Shown: positions 27,085 to 37,705, counted from the stretch's first letter. The stretch: DNA of 64,000 nt from an uncultured Candidatus Saccharibacteria bacterium (GCA_964401055.1 CAYNWW010000002.1:39935-103934), one strand, 5' to 3'. Program-made: numbers and translations. The notes: generated by a model from the sequence alone, not told the origin.

Positions 27085-27556
27085 CGCCTCCTTTTGCGAT
27101 ATCGATTATCTCTATTTCAACCTCTCTACCTGCAATTTTACCGATAATTACCTCACCCTTTCGCTTGCCCATAATTAAGGATGCTAAAGGCGTATTGTAG
27201 GCAATCATGTTCATTGTCGAATCAGACTCTCCAAATCCAACAATATTCCACTCTACTTCCATGCCATCACGGACTATCTTAACGCGAGTTCCAATAGAAA
27301 CTTGATCAAATCTTGTCGGTGGATCAACAATTATTGCTTGGTTTAGGCAATCGTGCGCATCATTCAGTCTCTTGTCTATCCCTCGAAGATCAATAACTAA
27401 GTGCTCATAGGAGGCATTGTCGTGCCACTGGTCACCGCCAACCTCTGCCACATACGCGCTTTGTGATTGCAGATCACGCAATTTTTTTTCAAGATTAGCG
27501 ATCTGCGTTCGCAATTTTTCCAATCCTTTCCTTGTAAAGTAGTACTTAGTACTCAC
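27062..27556 (-). CDS. GreA/GreB-family protein (variant tip GDQWHDNASYE)
   Basis: YFT.KGLEKL coiled coil, VSIGTRV, IVG.GESD, TPLASLIMGKRKGE; GTG 27556 follows AAGGAGG. Confidence 0.85.
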   Translation of the reverse strand: MSTKYYFTRKGLEKLRTQIANLEKKLRDLQSQSAYVAEVGGDQWHDNASYEHLVIDLRGIDKRLNDAHDCLNQAIIVDPPTRFDQVSIGTRVKIVRDGMEVEWNIVGFGESDSTMNMIAYNTPLASLIMGKRKGEVIIGKIAGREVEIEIIDIAKGGDGDVCSS

Positions 27557-27841
27557 CGCTTCCTCCTTGATTAACCGCGAGTTGTCAATGAACAAGCAAA
27601 TTCAGTTCGCTAAATTTGCCCTAGAAACAATAGCAAAAGAACAACTTTCGCGCAATAGCAACACACGACCAAAATGCTCTATGATTCAGTCGCGACAGCA
27701 ATCATCTATGAAGCGATTTCAGCAAAAGAATAAGCCGTAGCAACCGAGCCCCAAGCTCGGTTCTCTTTGACCGTCCCGTTACTCTTGATTTATTCGCGCG
27801 GGCATGATATCCTGTTTCTATTCAGCAAATTAACCTCGCTT

Positions 27842-28117
27842 ATGAAGCAAAAGATTCACCCAAAGTATTTTGACGCTGCAACTGTGACCTGCGCGTGCGG
27901 CAACACGTTTGTGACCGGTTCTACTGTGGAAAAAATCCAAGTTGAAATCTGCTCCAACTGCCACCCGTTCTACACCGGCAAACAAAAAATCATCGATACG
28001 CAAGGACGCGTTGATCGATTTCAGAAAATGCTTGCCAAGAAAAACGACGACAAAGCAAAAGTTGCCGCAGCTCGCAAAGCTCGTGCCGAAGCAAAAAAAG
28101 CCGGCGCAAGCAAATAG
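27842..28117 (+). CDS. rpmE: 50S ribosomal protein L31
   Basis: MKQKIHPKY...CACGN...[12 protein letters not shown]...GRVDRF. Confidence 0.97.
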   Translation: MKQKIHPKYFDAATVTCACGNTFVTGSTVEKIQVEICSNCHPFYTGKQKIIDTQGRVDRFQKMLAKKNDDKAKVAAARKARAEAKKAGASK

Positions 28118-28133
28118 CGACACGCGTGAATTC

Positions 28134-28168
28134 CAAAAGAGGTTGATTTTCCCAACCTCTTTTGTTTT
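28134..28168 (+). terminator. Intrinsic terminator after rpmE
   Basis: aaaagaggttg-attttcc-caacctctttt followed by gtttt. Confidence 0.65.
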
Positions 28169-28187
28169 GGTACAATAATCGCATTAT

Positions 28188-29288
28188 ATGCGCGAACAAT
28201 TAGATCACATCGAAAAACAATTTCACGAAATCGAAGCTCAGCTTGCTGATCCGACTCTTGTCGCGAACCAAAAAAAGTTTCGTGAACTCTCACAAGAACA
28301 TGCGCGTCTCGCACTAATTGTCGAAAAATATGCGGCCATGAAAAAGGCTGAATCCGACCTGGAGGCCGCAAAAACCATGCTCCAGACCGAGACTGACGCC
28401 GAAATGCGCACCCTTGCCGAACTCGAAGTCGCCCAACTCACCACCGACACCGAGCGCCTCACGCGCGAACTCGAAGTCGCCCTCTTGCCCAAAGACCCCA
28501 ACGACATGCGCGACATCATCCTGGAAATTCGCGGCGGCGCGGGTGGCGATGAAGCGGCGCTTTTTGCGGCCGATTTGTTTCGGATGTATTACCGCACAGC
28601 CGAGCTGCACCGGTTCAAGCTCGACATCGTCAGCTCCAACAAAACCGGCATCGGCGGCTACAAAGAAGTGATTTGCGAAATCAGCGGCACCGGCGTATAC
28701 GAATTGCTCAAATACGAAAGCGGCGTGCACCGCGTCCAGCGCGTCCCGGACACAGAAAAAAGCGGACGCATCCACACCTCCACCGCGACCGTGTCAATCC
28801 TACCGTTGGCCGAAGAAGTGGATATTGAAATTCGCCAAGAAGACTTGCGCATCGACGTCTACCGCGCATCCGGTGCCGGCGGCCAACACGTCAACAAAAC
28901 CGAATCCGCCGTCCGCATCACTCACTTGCCCACCGGCCTCGTGGTCGCGTGTCAGGACGAGCGTTCCCAGCTGAAAAATCGCGAAAAAGGCATGAAAGTG
29001 TTGCGCGCGCGGCTCTTGGCGCATCGGCAAGAAACGGCTGATCGCGCGCGCGCCGACACACGCCGCAGTCAAGTTGGCACCGGCGACCGCAGCGAAAAAA
29101 TTCGCACCTACAATTTCCCCCAAGACCGCGTCACTGACCACCGTATCAAACTCAGCGTTTCAGGCATTCATGAATTCCTTGAGGCGGGTCCACGCTTTGA
29201 AGAAATGATCACCGCGCTCCATCGCGAAGACGAGCGCCGCATGCTTGCCGCCCGCACTAAATCCGTGCTCGCGCAGCCAACCGCATGA
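28188..29288 (+). CDS. prfA: Peptide chain release factor 1
   Basis: [18 protein letters not shown] (PxT), [19 protein letters not shown]. Confidence 0.98.
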   Translation: MREQLDHIEKQFHEIEAQLADPTLVANQKKFRELSQEHARLALIVEKYAAMKKAESDLEAAKTMLQTETDAEMRTLAELEVAQLTTDTERLTRELEVALLPKDPNDMRDIILEIRGGAGGDEAALFAADLFRMYYRTAELHRFKLDIVSSNKTGIGGYKEVICEISGTGVYELLKYESGVHRVQRVPDTEKSGRIHTSTATVSILPLAEEVDIEIRQEDLRIDVYRASGAGGQHVNKTESAVRITHLPTGLVVACQDERSQLKNREKGMKVLRARLLAHRQETADRARADTRRSQVGTGDRSEKIRTYNFPQDRVTDHRIKLSVSGIHEFLEAGPRFEEMITALHREDERRMLAARTKSVLAQPTA

Positions 29289-30223
29289 CCATCGCCCAAG
29301 CGCTCGCCGAAGCCACCACTCGACTCACGCCCACTTCGGATTCACCTGCACTTGATGCGGAAATTCTTTTGGCATACGCGCTCAACTCCCACTCCACCAG
29401 CGACACCGCACCGCGCATCGACCGAGCGTTTTTGGCAGGGCATGCGCACGACGAGCTCACCCCGGCCGCACACACATATTTCACTACCCTCATCGAACGC
29501 CGCGCCGCGCACACGCCGGTGGCCTACCTCACCGGACACAAAGAATTTTACGGACTAGATCTCAAAGTCACGCAAGATACGCTCATTCCACGCCCCGAAA
29601 CCGAACTTTTGGTCGAACAAGCCCTTCATTATATTCAAGAACAAACAAACAAAAACCCCTCCGCTCATATCCATATTGCCGACGTCGGCACCGGCTCGGG
29701 CTGCATCGCCATCGCCATTGCCACACATCTTCCACGCACACAACAATCCACCGTCCACATCGACGCACTCGACCAATCTGCAGCCGCGCTCGCCGTAGCA
29801 CAGCTCAATATCACCGAGCATCGCCTCAACCATCTCATCACAACCGCGCAGAGCGATCTCTTGAGCGCACTCCCGTATCCGCAACTGCCCAATCTAATCT
29901 GCGCCAATCTTCCTTATGTTTCCTCACAAGAATACAATAAGCTTGCGCCCGATCTCACACACGAACCTCGCAGCGCCCTTGTTTCCGAAGGCGATCCCGA
30001 CGGTCTCGCACACTACGCGCGCCTTTTCGACCAAGTCACCTCACGACTCGCAAACGCCAATTCGCTCACCCAAGCCGTCATTATCTTGTGCGAAATCAGC
30101 CCGCAGCAACATACTGCCTCAATAACAAAAGCAAGCGCACGTTTTCCGCACGCTCGCATCGTTGCGCACACTGACCTCGCAGGTCTTCGACGCTGCCTTG
30201 AAATTACCCTACAACCGAAGTAG
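29285..30223 (+). CDS. prmC: Release factor glutamine methyltransferase
   Basis: [44 protein letters not shown]; follows prfA. Confidence 0.95.
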   Translation: MTIAQALAEATTRLTPTSDSPALDAEILLAYALNSHSTSDTAPRIDRAFLAGHAHDELTPAAHTYFTTLIERRAAHTPVAYLTGHKEFYGLDLKVTQDTLIPRPETELLVEQALHYIQEQTNKNPSAHIHIADVGTGSGCIAIAIATHLPRTQQSTVHIDALDQSAAALAVAQLNITEHRLNHLITTAQSDLLSALPYPQLPNLICANLPYVSSQEYNKLAPDLTHEPRSALVSEGDPDGLAHYARLFDQVTSRLANANSLTQAVIILCEISPQQHTASITKASARFPHARIVAHTDLAGLRRCLEITLQPK

Positions 30224-30839
30224 ATGAAGGTGGGTTTGGCGCAAGGGCTCGATACACCAATACCTGCGCGATCGAAGTAACCGGCATGGCAACGAGTAAG
30301 CCAACGCCAAGCGCAAGTGCACCGACAAATGTAACCAGCAATACTACCAAACCGAATGCCAATAGCTGCCAAAGCACAGGGGCAGTTGCATTCCAGCTCG
30401 CCGTCAAAGAATCTGTCACGCTAAGATGACGATCAACGAGAAAATACGGCCAAAGCGACAACCTCAACGCCAGATATATACCCGGAATGATAAAAAAGAA
30501 AAACCCCGTTATCACCGCGATTCCAAATATCACCGAGCCAAATATATACGAAAATAACTCCTGAGATCCTTCAAGAAGAGTACCAATCGCAACTGGCTTT
30601 CCATCAACTGTAGCAAGAACAAGTTTTAAAAACCCAACCGCAATAAACGCACTGGCTACATATCCAAGCACACTCAAGCTTACACTCACAAAAAAGCCTT
30701 CGCTTCCTATAAGACTACTTCGCAACGCGCCACCAATTCCACTTGCAATAAAACTAATTACGGCCGCACCAACAAATACTCCAACATGTGCTGAGAATAA
30801 CTCCCATGCTCGACGAAAATAAACAGATGAGGATTCCAT
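30204..30839 (-). CDS. Integral membrane protein (DUF975-like)
   Basis: Several TM helices; IIPGIYLALRL...SL..SW motif. Confidence 0.75.
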   Translation of the reverse strand: MESSSVYFRRAWELFSAHVGVFVGAAVISFIASGIGGALRSSLIGSEGFFVSVSLSVLGYVASAFIAVGFLKLVLATVDGKPVAIGTLLEGSQELFSYIFGSVIFGIAVITGFFFFIIPGIYLALRLSLWPYFLVDRHLSVTDSLTASWNATAPVLWQLLAFGLVVLLVTFVGALALGVGLLVAMPVTSIAQVLVYRALAPNPPSSTSVVG

Positions 30840-30840
30840 G

Positions 30841-32289
30841 TTAATACGTTATTTTTTTATCCGGCGGAATCACTTCCACCCAGGTCGCACCTCGAGTAAA
30901 CACAATCTCGGCACCATCTTTATTGTAAAACCTCATACGCTCTCCACGCACCGGTTTTTTCCAGGTCCCTTCTTCGACAATTCCGTCATGAAACAGTAAT
31001 GCCGTCCCGCCAAGGGCGGTATCAAGCACAAGGCGTTTTTCATCAAGCGGCTTTGCCTTCACCTTTGCAACTGCCACATTTTTTGCCGTCAATTGTTGCC
31101 CGGTTGCTCGATCAGTATGCGATTGACCGCCGTTAAAGCGCTTATACTCGTTTTTCGCTTGATCATATGACCATTTTACTGCATAGCCCGAGGTTGAAAA
31201 ATCCAATCCGATTTCAGTTGCCTGTCGAAACAGTTCGTCACTTTTTACACTATCCGCGGTTGCTACGGTGTCTGATTTCATCTTTCCAATCCAAGATCCG
31301 GTATCATCTTTAAACTTCCAGGAATCAAATTTTGCCACCGAACCCACGCCTTTGTCACGACGCGCAACGTTCAACAAATCAGTCTTTGTGTACAGATTAT
31401 GCGGTGCGCGATCCTGCTTGTCTCGCCAAAAATACTTCCCGTCCGAAGTCAACGCATTAATATCGGTAAAATCATAATTCTTAATGGCACTCAATGCTGT
31501 TGGGCTTCCGCCTGCATGAATATAAAGTCCATGGAATTCTTCTGCCCAGTCAAGATAATAATTACGAGCACTACGAACCGGACCAATTTGATCCAAGGTC
31601 TTGCCTTGGAAAATTGCCAAAAATCGAGTAATTCCTCCCTCGGCAAGCGCCTCAAATACCACACTTGCCTTACTCAAGCCGGTTTGCGGTCGAATCGTGG
31701 ACAAATTTTCAATCATCACTTCGTATGGCACAGCCTGCGCAGTATTCTCGGATTGCATAATACCATCAGCAAGACCAGCAACCAGCTTTTGCTCCGGCAC
31801 AGTCACTTCCTCTTTTTTTGTCTCGTCTGACGCAATAGGTGCTGCTGTTCCGCCGATGCTCAAACTCGTAAAATAGAAATATACCGCCACTCCAATACCA
31901 ATAAGCAGCATAACAACCAACGCGGAAATTTCCATTTTTTCTTTTTTCGAAAGACCGGTCTTAATCTTCTCATCATCACCACGATCATCATCCATGTCCA
32001 TATCATCATCCATATCGTCTTCCGAATCAACACTCGCCTCTTGCTCTTTCAAGTGAGATTTTTTCTTTGCTTCTTTTTCCTCAGCGCGCGTCACCTTAAC
32101 CCTAATAGACTTTCCCGAACCAGGCTCCGCCGGAGGCTCGTCAAAAAAAGAATTTGGATCATTGACATCGATTTTCGGAAGCTCATCGAATTCAGTCAAA
32201 TCCTTTGATTCGTCGATTGTATTTTTTTTATCTTCATGACGAAGATCAACTACTTTTCCTTTTTTCTGAGATTGCTTTTTTGGTTTCAC
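30841..32289 (-). CDS. DUF3048 domain protein with acidic N-terminus and one TM
   Basis: VMIEN...RPQTGLSKA.VVFE.LAEGGITRFLA, GPVRSAR.YY, HAGGS, APHNLY. Confidence 0.88.
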   Translation of the reverse strand: MKPKKQSQKKGKVVDLRHEDKKNTIDESKDLTEFDELPKIDVNDPNSFFDEPPAEPGSGKSIRVKVTRAEEKEAKKKSHLKEQEASVDSEDDMDDDMDMDDDRGDDEKIKTGLSKKEKMEISALVVMLLIGIGVAVYFYFTSLSIGGTAAPIASDETKKEEVTVPEQKLVAGLADGIMQSENTAQAVPYEVMIENLSTIRPQTGLSKASVVFEALAEGGITRFLAIFQGKTLDQIGPVRSARNYYLDWAEEFHGLYIHAGGSPTALSAIKNYDFTDINALTSDGKYFWRDKQDRAPHNLYTKTDLLNVARRDKGVGSVAKFDSWKFKDDTGSWIGKMKSDTVATADSVKSDELFRQATEIGLDFSTSGYAVKWSYDQAKNEYKRFNGGQSHTDRATGQQLTAKNVAVAKVKAKPLDEKRLVLDTALGGTALLFHDGIVEEGTWKKPVRGERMRFYNKDGAEIVFTRGATWVEVIPPDKKITY

Positions 32290-32332
32290 GCGTGTTACTT
32301 AAAAATAACAATTTTAGTATATCACATTTGCA

Positions 32333-33013
32333 TTATGAGCAGAATCCATCGCCCCCAATATCACTCCCCACCAAAAACGACTCAACTTCCACGCCCTGAA
32401 AAACTCCGTCCTGATTACCATCCACAGACACGCGATTCTGCTTGACCGATCCAATGCTGCATCCAGTTCGAAAAAATTTCTCATTCTGCACAAATTGCGC
32501 AACGCCTTTTTGAGACAGCACGGCAACATCACCAGCCTTCTTGCTTAACAAAAGAAAAACCGTATTTGAATCAACAAACGCATTTCCACTTGTCACTCCG
32601 CGCACAAAAAATGCAACGTCTGCACCGGAAATAAATCGAGGAATGCTAAACTCATTCACCTTTCCAGATCCCCTTGCTTCGATTGCATTGCTAAGCAGCT
32701 CGGAAGATTGGATAGTTGCCCGGTCAGGGCTGGTAATCATATACACATTAAAACGATGAATCTGATTTTTCAAACCAGTCGTGAGCGGCTCGGTAAACCG
32801 CAACACAAACACATCAGGCGTACTCGTCACCAGCTGCAGATCTGAAATCTGAGTGGAGCCACGATCAGTACTCTGATACAAATCAGGCAATACGACTGAC
32901 GGCAAAAAGACAGTGGTAGTTGCCTTTTGCAGCTGGAGATATCCAGTTGCTCCAGCAAAAACGATGACCAGCACACCAATCACAAGATAATTATGAATTC
33001 GTTTTTGTTTCAT
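32333..33013 (-). CDS. Hypothetical membrane-anchored protein
   Basis: 226 aa ORF, N-terminal TM, co-directional and tightly spaced. Confidence 0.65.
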   Translation of the reverse strand: MKQKRIHNYLVIGVLVIVFAGATGYLQLQKATTTVFLPSVVLPDLYQSTDRGSTQISDLQLVTSTPDVFVLRFTEPLTTGLKNQIHRFNVYMITSPDRATIQSSELLSNAIEARGSGKVNEFSIPRFISGADVAFFVRGVTSGNAFVDSNTVFLLLSKKAGDVAVLSQKGVAQFVQNEKFFRTGCSIGSVKQNRVSVDGNQDGVFQGVEVESFLVGSDIGGDGFCS

Positions 33014-33022
33014 GCTCGTAAG

Positions 33023-33928
33023 TTAATCAAGTGCATATCCACATTGTGCACAAAATTTTGCCTCAAGAATATTTTTATTATGACAGAGCGGACAAGTATA
33101 AAGCAACGTCTCCACTTTTTTGGACTTTTCCTTGCTCACCACAAAATCAGGCGCCGGTTTCACGTCCAACTTTTTACTTGCAGGATCGAGCACAAACGTC
33201 TCCTTCGCGCGTGGATCACCGATGATATACACGAGCGCCACCAGCGCTGCTGCCACCAAAAACACCGTATAAAAACCCGTCTGCGTCAGCAGGAAAAAAT
33301 CAAACAACCCATGCAGCGCCAACGGAATCACGAATGCCTTCACCAACTGCGCCCGCCGCTTGAGCGTGCCAAATTTATATTTGAATAAAAAGTATCCCAT
33401 AATCGAGCCATACATCGCATGCCCAACTGACGAAATCAAAAATCGCAAAATAAATATCGTGAATAGTTGGTTAAAGTCTTGATTGCTAAATGATTGAAAG
33501 AGGTAGATTCCATTCTCCAACCCTGCAAATCCCATGCCAAACAGCGCGCCATATCGCACGCCATCGATCAAGCGAGTGAATTTACCCGAACGCTTCACAA
33601 TCAACCACAAAAAGACATACTTAGCGCCCTCTTCGACCAGCGCCACCAGCGCAAACGAAAGCACAAACAGCCGCACCACGTTACCCGCAAGCAGATCACA
33701 TGTGGTGAAATAGCACGAGGTCAAATCCTGCGGCAGATACTTAAACGCCACGTATTCCAGTCCGCCGGCAGGCGCCACTGCAAGCGCTCCAAGCGCAATC
33801 AGTGAAACCATGAATGCAGGAGAAAATTTTTCCTGCTCTTTTTTATAGTACGAAAACCAGAGCCAAAAAATAATCGGTGTAAACGCAAGATAGAGAGTGA
33901 AAAAAAGTATGGATGATTGTTGGGTCAT
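33023..33928 (-). CDS. PrsW-family intramembrane metalloprotease with C-terminal zinc ribbon
   Basis: VEEGAK, GFAGLEN, GHAMY, LHGLFDF; CPLC...FCAQCG. Confidence 0.92.
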   Translation of the reverse strand: MTQQSSILFFTLYLAFTPIIFWLWFSYYKKEQEKFSPAFMVSLIALGALAVAPAGGLEYVAFKYLPQDLTSCYFTTCDLLAGNVVRLFVLSFALVALVEEGAKYVFLWLIVKRSGKFTRLIDGVRYGALFGMGFAGLENGIYLFQSFSNQDFNQLFTIFILRFLISSVGHAMYGSIMGYFLFKYKFGTLKRRAQLVKAFVIPLALHGLFDFFLLTQTGFYTVFLVAAALVALVYIIGDPRAKETFVLDPASKKLDVKPAPDFVVSKEKSKKVETLLYTCPLCHNKNILEAKFCAQCGYALD

Positions 33929-35094
33929 TGGTGAAGAAATAGTCCTGTGGCAATTGAAGGCTGGGTGCGCGAATCGGCGCCCGGTAAAATTCCTGTATAT
34001 TTTTGCGTTCCTGCAGGTGAAAATATCTTAAGACGCGATCCTGCAACCGTGAGTATTTCCGCCTTCCCATCCGTATTCGTGTCTGCCAAAGCAACTGCAG
34101 GCGCTCGCCCATCAATTAGTTCATCGTGACTAAAAAGAGTGATTTTTTTAAGAAGCGCATGAGGCGCCGCAGCCGCAAAAATCTGAAGCGTTGCGTTTCC
34201 GGATGAAATAGATTGAGGCATAACTCCAATATCGGCCAAGCCATCACCGTCGACATCACCAGCAGCCATCGTGATTCCCGAGCGATCATTCTCTGAGCCC
34301 GCAAAAAACTGACCCGACTTCATGACGGCACCTTGTCCAGATGCAGTGACAGTTTTTGTGTTAATATCAAACACGCGAATTTGTGGCCCGCCGCCAACTC
34401 CGGCACCCGTGATCGCCTCTGCGCGTCCATCACCATCGGTGTCTGCAAGCGCGATCGTAGCGCCCACTCTCACCTCGTCAAATGCCTTCCAATACGCAAG
34501 AATTGGTTTTGAAGTGCTGTATTTGTAGATTTTACAAAACGACTGATCACCCTCAGACGCCTGACAAACACCAATTTCCGCTCGCCCATCCCCATCCGTG
34601 TCACCCACTGCAAGAGAAAGCACGCCGCGGTAATTGGGATGAAACGGCGCGAATTGGATCGATTTTTGCGTGCCGTCTTTTGAAAAAACCTTGATATTTG
34701 GCCCAAATCCTTTGCCGGCAGCCACCACAATATCTTGCTGTCCATCACCATCCACATCGCCGACTGCAATAACTGCTCCGCCGGCAAATTTTTTGTCATA
34801 GGCGAAAAAATGTGACTGTGGACTATCTTTTGCGCCCTGTGTAGTCCACGATTGCACCAGAGCAGCTGCACCTTGTGATGGCACCGTGAAGATTGTATTT
34901 GCGGCCTGAACGGCACCGCGAGGTCCTCGTTTTTCGGGCACACTTGGCTGTCCGCTCCCAAGACCTATGACGCTTGTTCGTACGGATGCACTATTGAGAT
35001 AGACAGCGACCGCAAAAATTCCCACCACCAATACAAAAAAAAGTCCGGTGACAAGTGCTGCATTGCGTTTCTGGTGTTTGATTTTTACTCCCAT
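33925..35094 (-). CDS. FG-GAP repeat surface protein
   Basis: N-terminal TM; repeated A.GD(V/T)DGDG..(D/E)I, GGGPQIRVF. Confidence 0.88.
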   Translation of the reverse strand: MGVKIKHQKRNAALVTGLFFVLVVGIFAVAVYLNSASVRTSVIGLGSGQPSVPEKRGPRGAVQAANTIFTVPSQGAAALVQSWTTQGAKDSPQSHFFAYDKKFAGGAVIAVGDVDGDGQQDIVVAAGKGFGPNIKVFSKDGTQKSIQFAPFHPNYRGVLSLAVGDTDGDGRAEIGVCQASEGDQSFCKIYKYSTSKPILAYWKAFDEVRVGATIALADTDGDGRAEAITGAGVGGGPQIRVFDINTKTVTASGQGAVMKSGQFFAGSENDRSGITMAAGDVDGDGLADIGVMPQSISSGNATLQIFAAAAPHALLKKITLFSHDELIDGRAPAVALADTNTDGKAEILTVAGSRLKIFSPAGTQKYTGILPGADSRTQPSIATGLFLHQ

Positions 35095-35167
35095 TTCGAT
35101 TCGTACGGTGAGGTTTTATTTCGTGTTGATATGCACATTATAACATGCTAGTATTGGAGCGTCAATT

Positions 35168-35410
35168 ATGAATACGCGCGAAATTTCAATCTATGCATTT
35201 GCTCTCCAACTCGCCGCCCGCATTGTGGTGCCATTGTTGGTGGGCGTTGCGGGCGGGCTCTGGCTTGACACCCGTCTCCACACTCGCCCATGGGCGCTCC
35301 TCATTTGTCTAGGGGCTGCCTTTTTCCTGACCATGATCAGTCTGTATCGCCAAGCCAAGCAAGCAATTGCCAACCTCCCTCCAGAAATTCGTCATCCACA
35401 GAAAAAATGA
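35168..35410 (+). CDS. AtpZ/AtpI family protein
   Basis: GGLWLDTRLHTRPW motif, two TMs, immediately upstream of atp operon. Confidence 0.85.
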   Translation: MNTREISIYAFALQLAARIVVPLLVGVAGGLWLDTRLHTRPWALLICLGAAFFLTMISLYRQAKQAIANLPPEIRHPQKK

Positions 35411-35417
35411 CAGTCGG

Positions 35418-35446
35418 TTGACTGATCCCCACTCCTCCCGTATAAT
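35418..35446 (+). promoter_or_regulatory. sigma70 promoter for atpB
   Basis: TTGACT-17 nt-TATAAT. Confidence 0.75.
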
Positions 35447-35555
35447 GAATGCCTAAGGACACAAGATGTAATCTCATTAGCTTGCTATCAGGCAGTTTCT
35501 ACTTATCCGAACTGCCTTGCCCAGGGGCTGTGAGGATAAGTAGAAACTGCCATTT

Positions 35556-36326
35556 ATGCATATTTCACTTGCCGCCGAAGAACTGTTCCGAATAGGAGCT
35601 TTCCCGGTAACCAATTCAATACTTACAACATGGATCGTAACGCTGGGGCTAATAATTTTGGCTTTTTTTGGCACGCGCACTCTTCAAATGGTTCCTCAGG
35701 GTCTTCAAAATATTCTAGAATACACTATTGAATCCCTGCTGAAACTTTTTGAAAATATCCTTGGGGACAAACAACAGGCTCGCCAATTTTTCCCTTTACT
35801 TGCTACGTTATTCTTGTTTATTCTAAGCGCAAATTGGTTCGGCCTCCTTCCCGGGGTAGGATCCATCAGCGTTCATTCTCACGAGGGAATGGCGCCCGTC
35901 TTTCGACCAGCAAACGCTGATCTAAACACAACCCTAGCACTTGCAATCGTCACAATCGCATCAATTCAATTATTTGGCATCGCGGCCATTGGCTTCGGAA
36001 AATACGCAGGCAAATACCTTAATTTCAGCAGCCCAATCGAATTTTTTGTCGGCATACTTGAACTGATAGGTGAAGTATCGCGAATGATCTCATTTTCTTT
36101 TCGCTTGTTCGGCAACATCTTTGCAGGGGAAGTCTTGCTTACGGTAATTGCATTTTTGTTACCAGTAATTGCTCCGCTCCCCTTTTCTTTCCTTGAAATC
36201 TTCGTTGGATTTGTCCAAGCATTGGTGTTTACATTGCTTGCGACCGTGTTTTTGAAGATTGCGGTCACCCCGCATGAACACGAAGAACACGCGGAGCATG
36301 CGCCGAAACTAGCGCAAGATCATTAA
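35556..36326 (+). CDS. atpB: ATP synthase subunit a
   Basis: NWFGLLPG, ADLNTTLALA, SFSFRLFGNIFAGE, QALVF. Confidence 0.97.
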   Translation: MHISLAAEELFRIGAFPVTNSILTTWIVTLGLIILAFFGTRTLQMVPQGLQNILEYTIESLLKLFENILGDKQQARQFFPLLATLFLFILSANWFGLLPGVGSISVHSHEGMAPVFRPANADLNTTLALAIVTIASIQLFGIAAIGFGKYAGKYLNFSSPIEFFVGILELIGEVSRMISFSFRLFGNIFAGEVLLTVIAFLLPVIAPLPFSFLEIFVGFVQALVFTLLATVFLKIAVTPHEHEEHAEHAPKLAQDH

Positions 36327-36352
36327 TTTTGTCTAATTATTAAATTATTCGT

Positions 36353-36580
36353 ATGGACGCAGAATCCCTCAAACTGCTTGCTCCGGCACTTGTCATCATG
36401 ATTGGCGGCGTAGCGCCGGCAATTGCGATCGGCACAATCGGCAAAGCAGCGATGAATGCGATCGGCCGAAATCCAGAAGCTGCATCAAAGGTGCAGACCG
36501 CTCTGATTTTGTCCGTTGCATTTGCGGAAGCAATCGCCATCTACGCACTCGTGGTGGCTCTCGTGTTGAAATTTGTCTAA
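36353..36580 (+). CDS. atpE: ATP synthase subunit c
   Basis: IGRNPEA, AFAEAIAIY. Confidence 0.97.
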   Translation: MDAESLKLLAPALVIMIGGVAPAIAIGTIGKAAMNAIGRNPEAASKVQTALILSVAFAEAIAIYALVVALVLKFV

Positions 36581-36683
36581 TATTGGACAATTTCGTCTGA
36601 ATGATCTGCCACACGCAGGTCTTCAGAAGGAAGTCATGTCGGCGCGAGTCGACCTGGTTTCCTCCTGAAACGTAATAATTTGT

Positions 36684-37181
36684 ATGGGCGAACTTATTGA
36701 AAAATTAGGCATCAATCCTCTTCTTCTCGGCGGACAGATCGTCAACTTCATTCTATTGTTGTTGATTTTACAACGATTTCTCTACAAGCCGTTGGTGACT
36801 TTACTCGACAAACGTTCGGCAAAAATCGCCGCAAGCCTCAAAAAAGCAGAGGAAATCGAACACAACGCCCAGCAAGCGCAAGCGGATTTCGATAAAAAAC
36901 TTGCAGCGGCACAGGCCGAAGGTGCCCAGCTGATTGCTGAAGCAAAGCAGGCTGCCGAACGACTCCATGCCGATCTCATGGCCAAAGCTGAGCAACAAGC
37001 GCGTGATATTATCGACAAAGGCGCGCAGTCCGTGGCTGCCGAGCGCGTTGCATTACGAGCTGAATTGCGCCAAGAAACGGCACGCTTGGTCATTGCCGCG
37101 ACCGAGCAAATTCTTGCCGAAGAGCTCACTCCCGAGAAGAAACAAGCCTACACCAATCGAGTGCTGGAGAAGATTTCATGA
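36684..37181 (+). CDS. atpF: ATP synthase subunit b
   Basis: QIVNF..L..FLYKP...LDKR, long coiled coil; operon position. Confidence 0.95.
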   Translation: MGELIEKLGINPLLLGGQIVNFILLLLILQRFLYKPLVTLLDKRSAKIAASLKKAEEIEHNAQQAQADFDKKLAAAQAEGAQLIAEAKQAAERLHADLMAKAEQQARDIIDKGAQSVAAERVALRAELRQETARLVIAATEQILAEELTPEKKQAYTNRVLEKIS

Positions 37182-37705
37182 CCTACCAGGCCAAACAATA
37201 CGCCCATGCCTTGTTTGCCCTCCTGCCTGCAACGCAAAAGGATTTTGAAGCTGCGCTGAGCACCTTGAAAGCGTTTAAACGCGGATACGAAACCGATGCG
37301 GGCATTCGGTCGTTTTTCGATGACCCCAACCGCCCAATCAAGATCAAACAATCTGCGATTGAGGCTGCATTGCGCGATGCTCTAACTCCAGTACGCAACC
37401 TCCTCATCCTCATGACGGAAAATTTTGATTTGTTCAAGCTCAGCAAAACGATTTATATCTTGAAAAAAATTGGCGACGCTCAGTATGACATCCTCGAAAT
37501 CCGCGTCCGCACCGCAACTCCGCTCACCGACGCCCTGACTCAAAAACTACGCGAAAAATTCCAAGAGCACACTGACCAGACCGTCCTGATTCGGGAAAAA
37601 GTTGACGAAGCACTGATTGCCGGATTCTCCGTCCGAATTCGCGACCGATTGATTGACGCTCGCCTCTCCACTTCATTAGCACATTTATTACTACAAAAGT
37701 CATGA
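37178..37705 (+). CDS. atpH: ATP synthase subunit delta
   Basis: [26 protein letters not shown]; operon position. Confidence 0.92.
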   Translation: MTYQAKQYAHALFALLPATQKDFEAALSTLKAFKRGYETDAGIRSFFDDPNRPIKIKQSAIEAALRDALTPVRNLLILMTENFDLFKLSKTIYILKKIGDAQYDILEIRVRTATPLTDALTQKLREKFQEHTDQTVLIREKVDEALIAGFSVRIRDRLIDARLSTSLAHLLLQKS

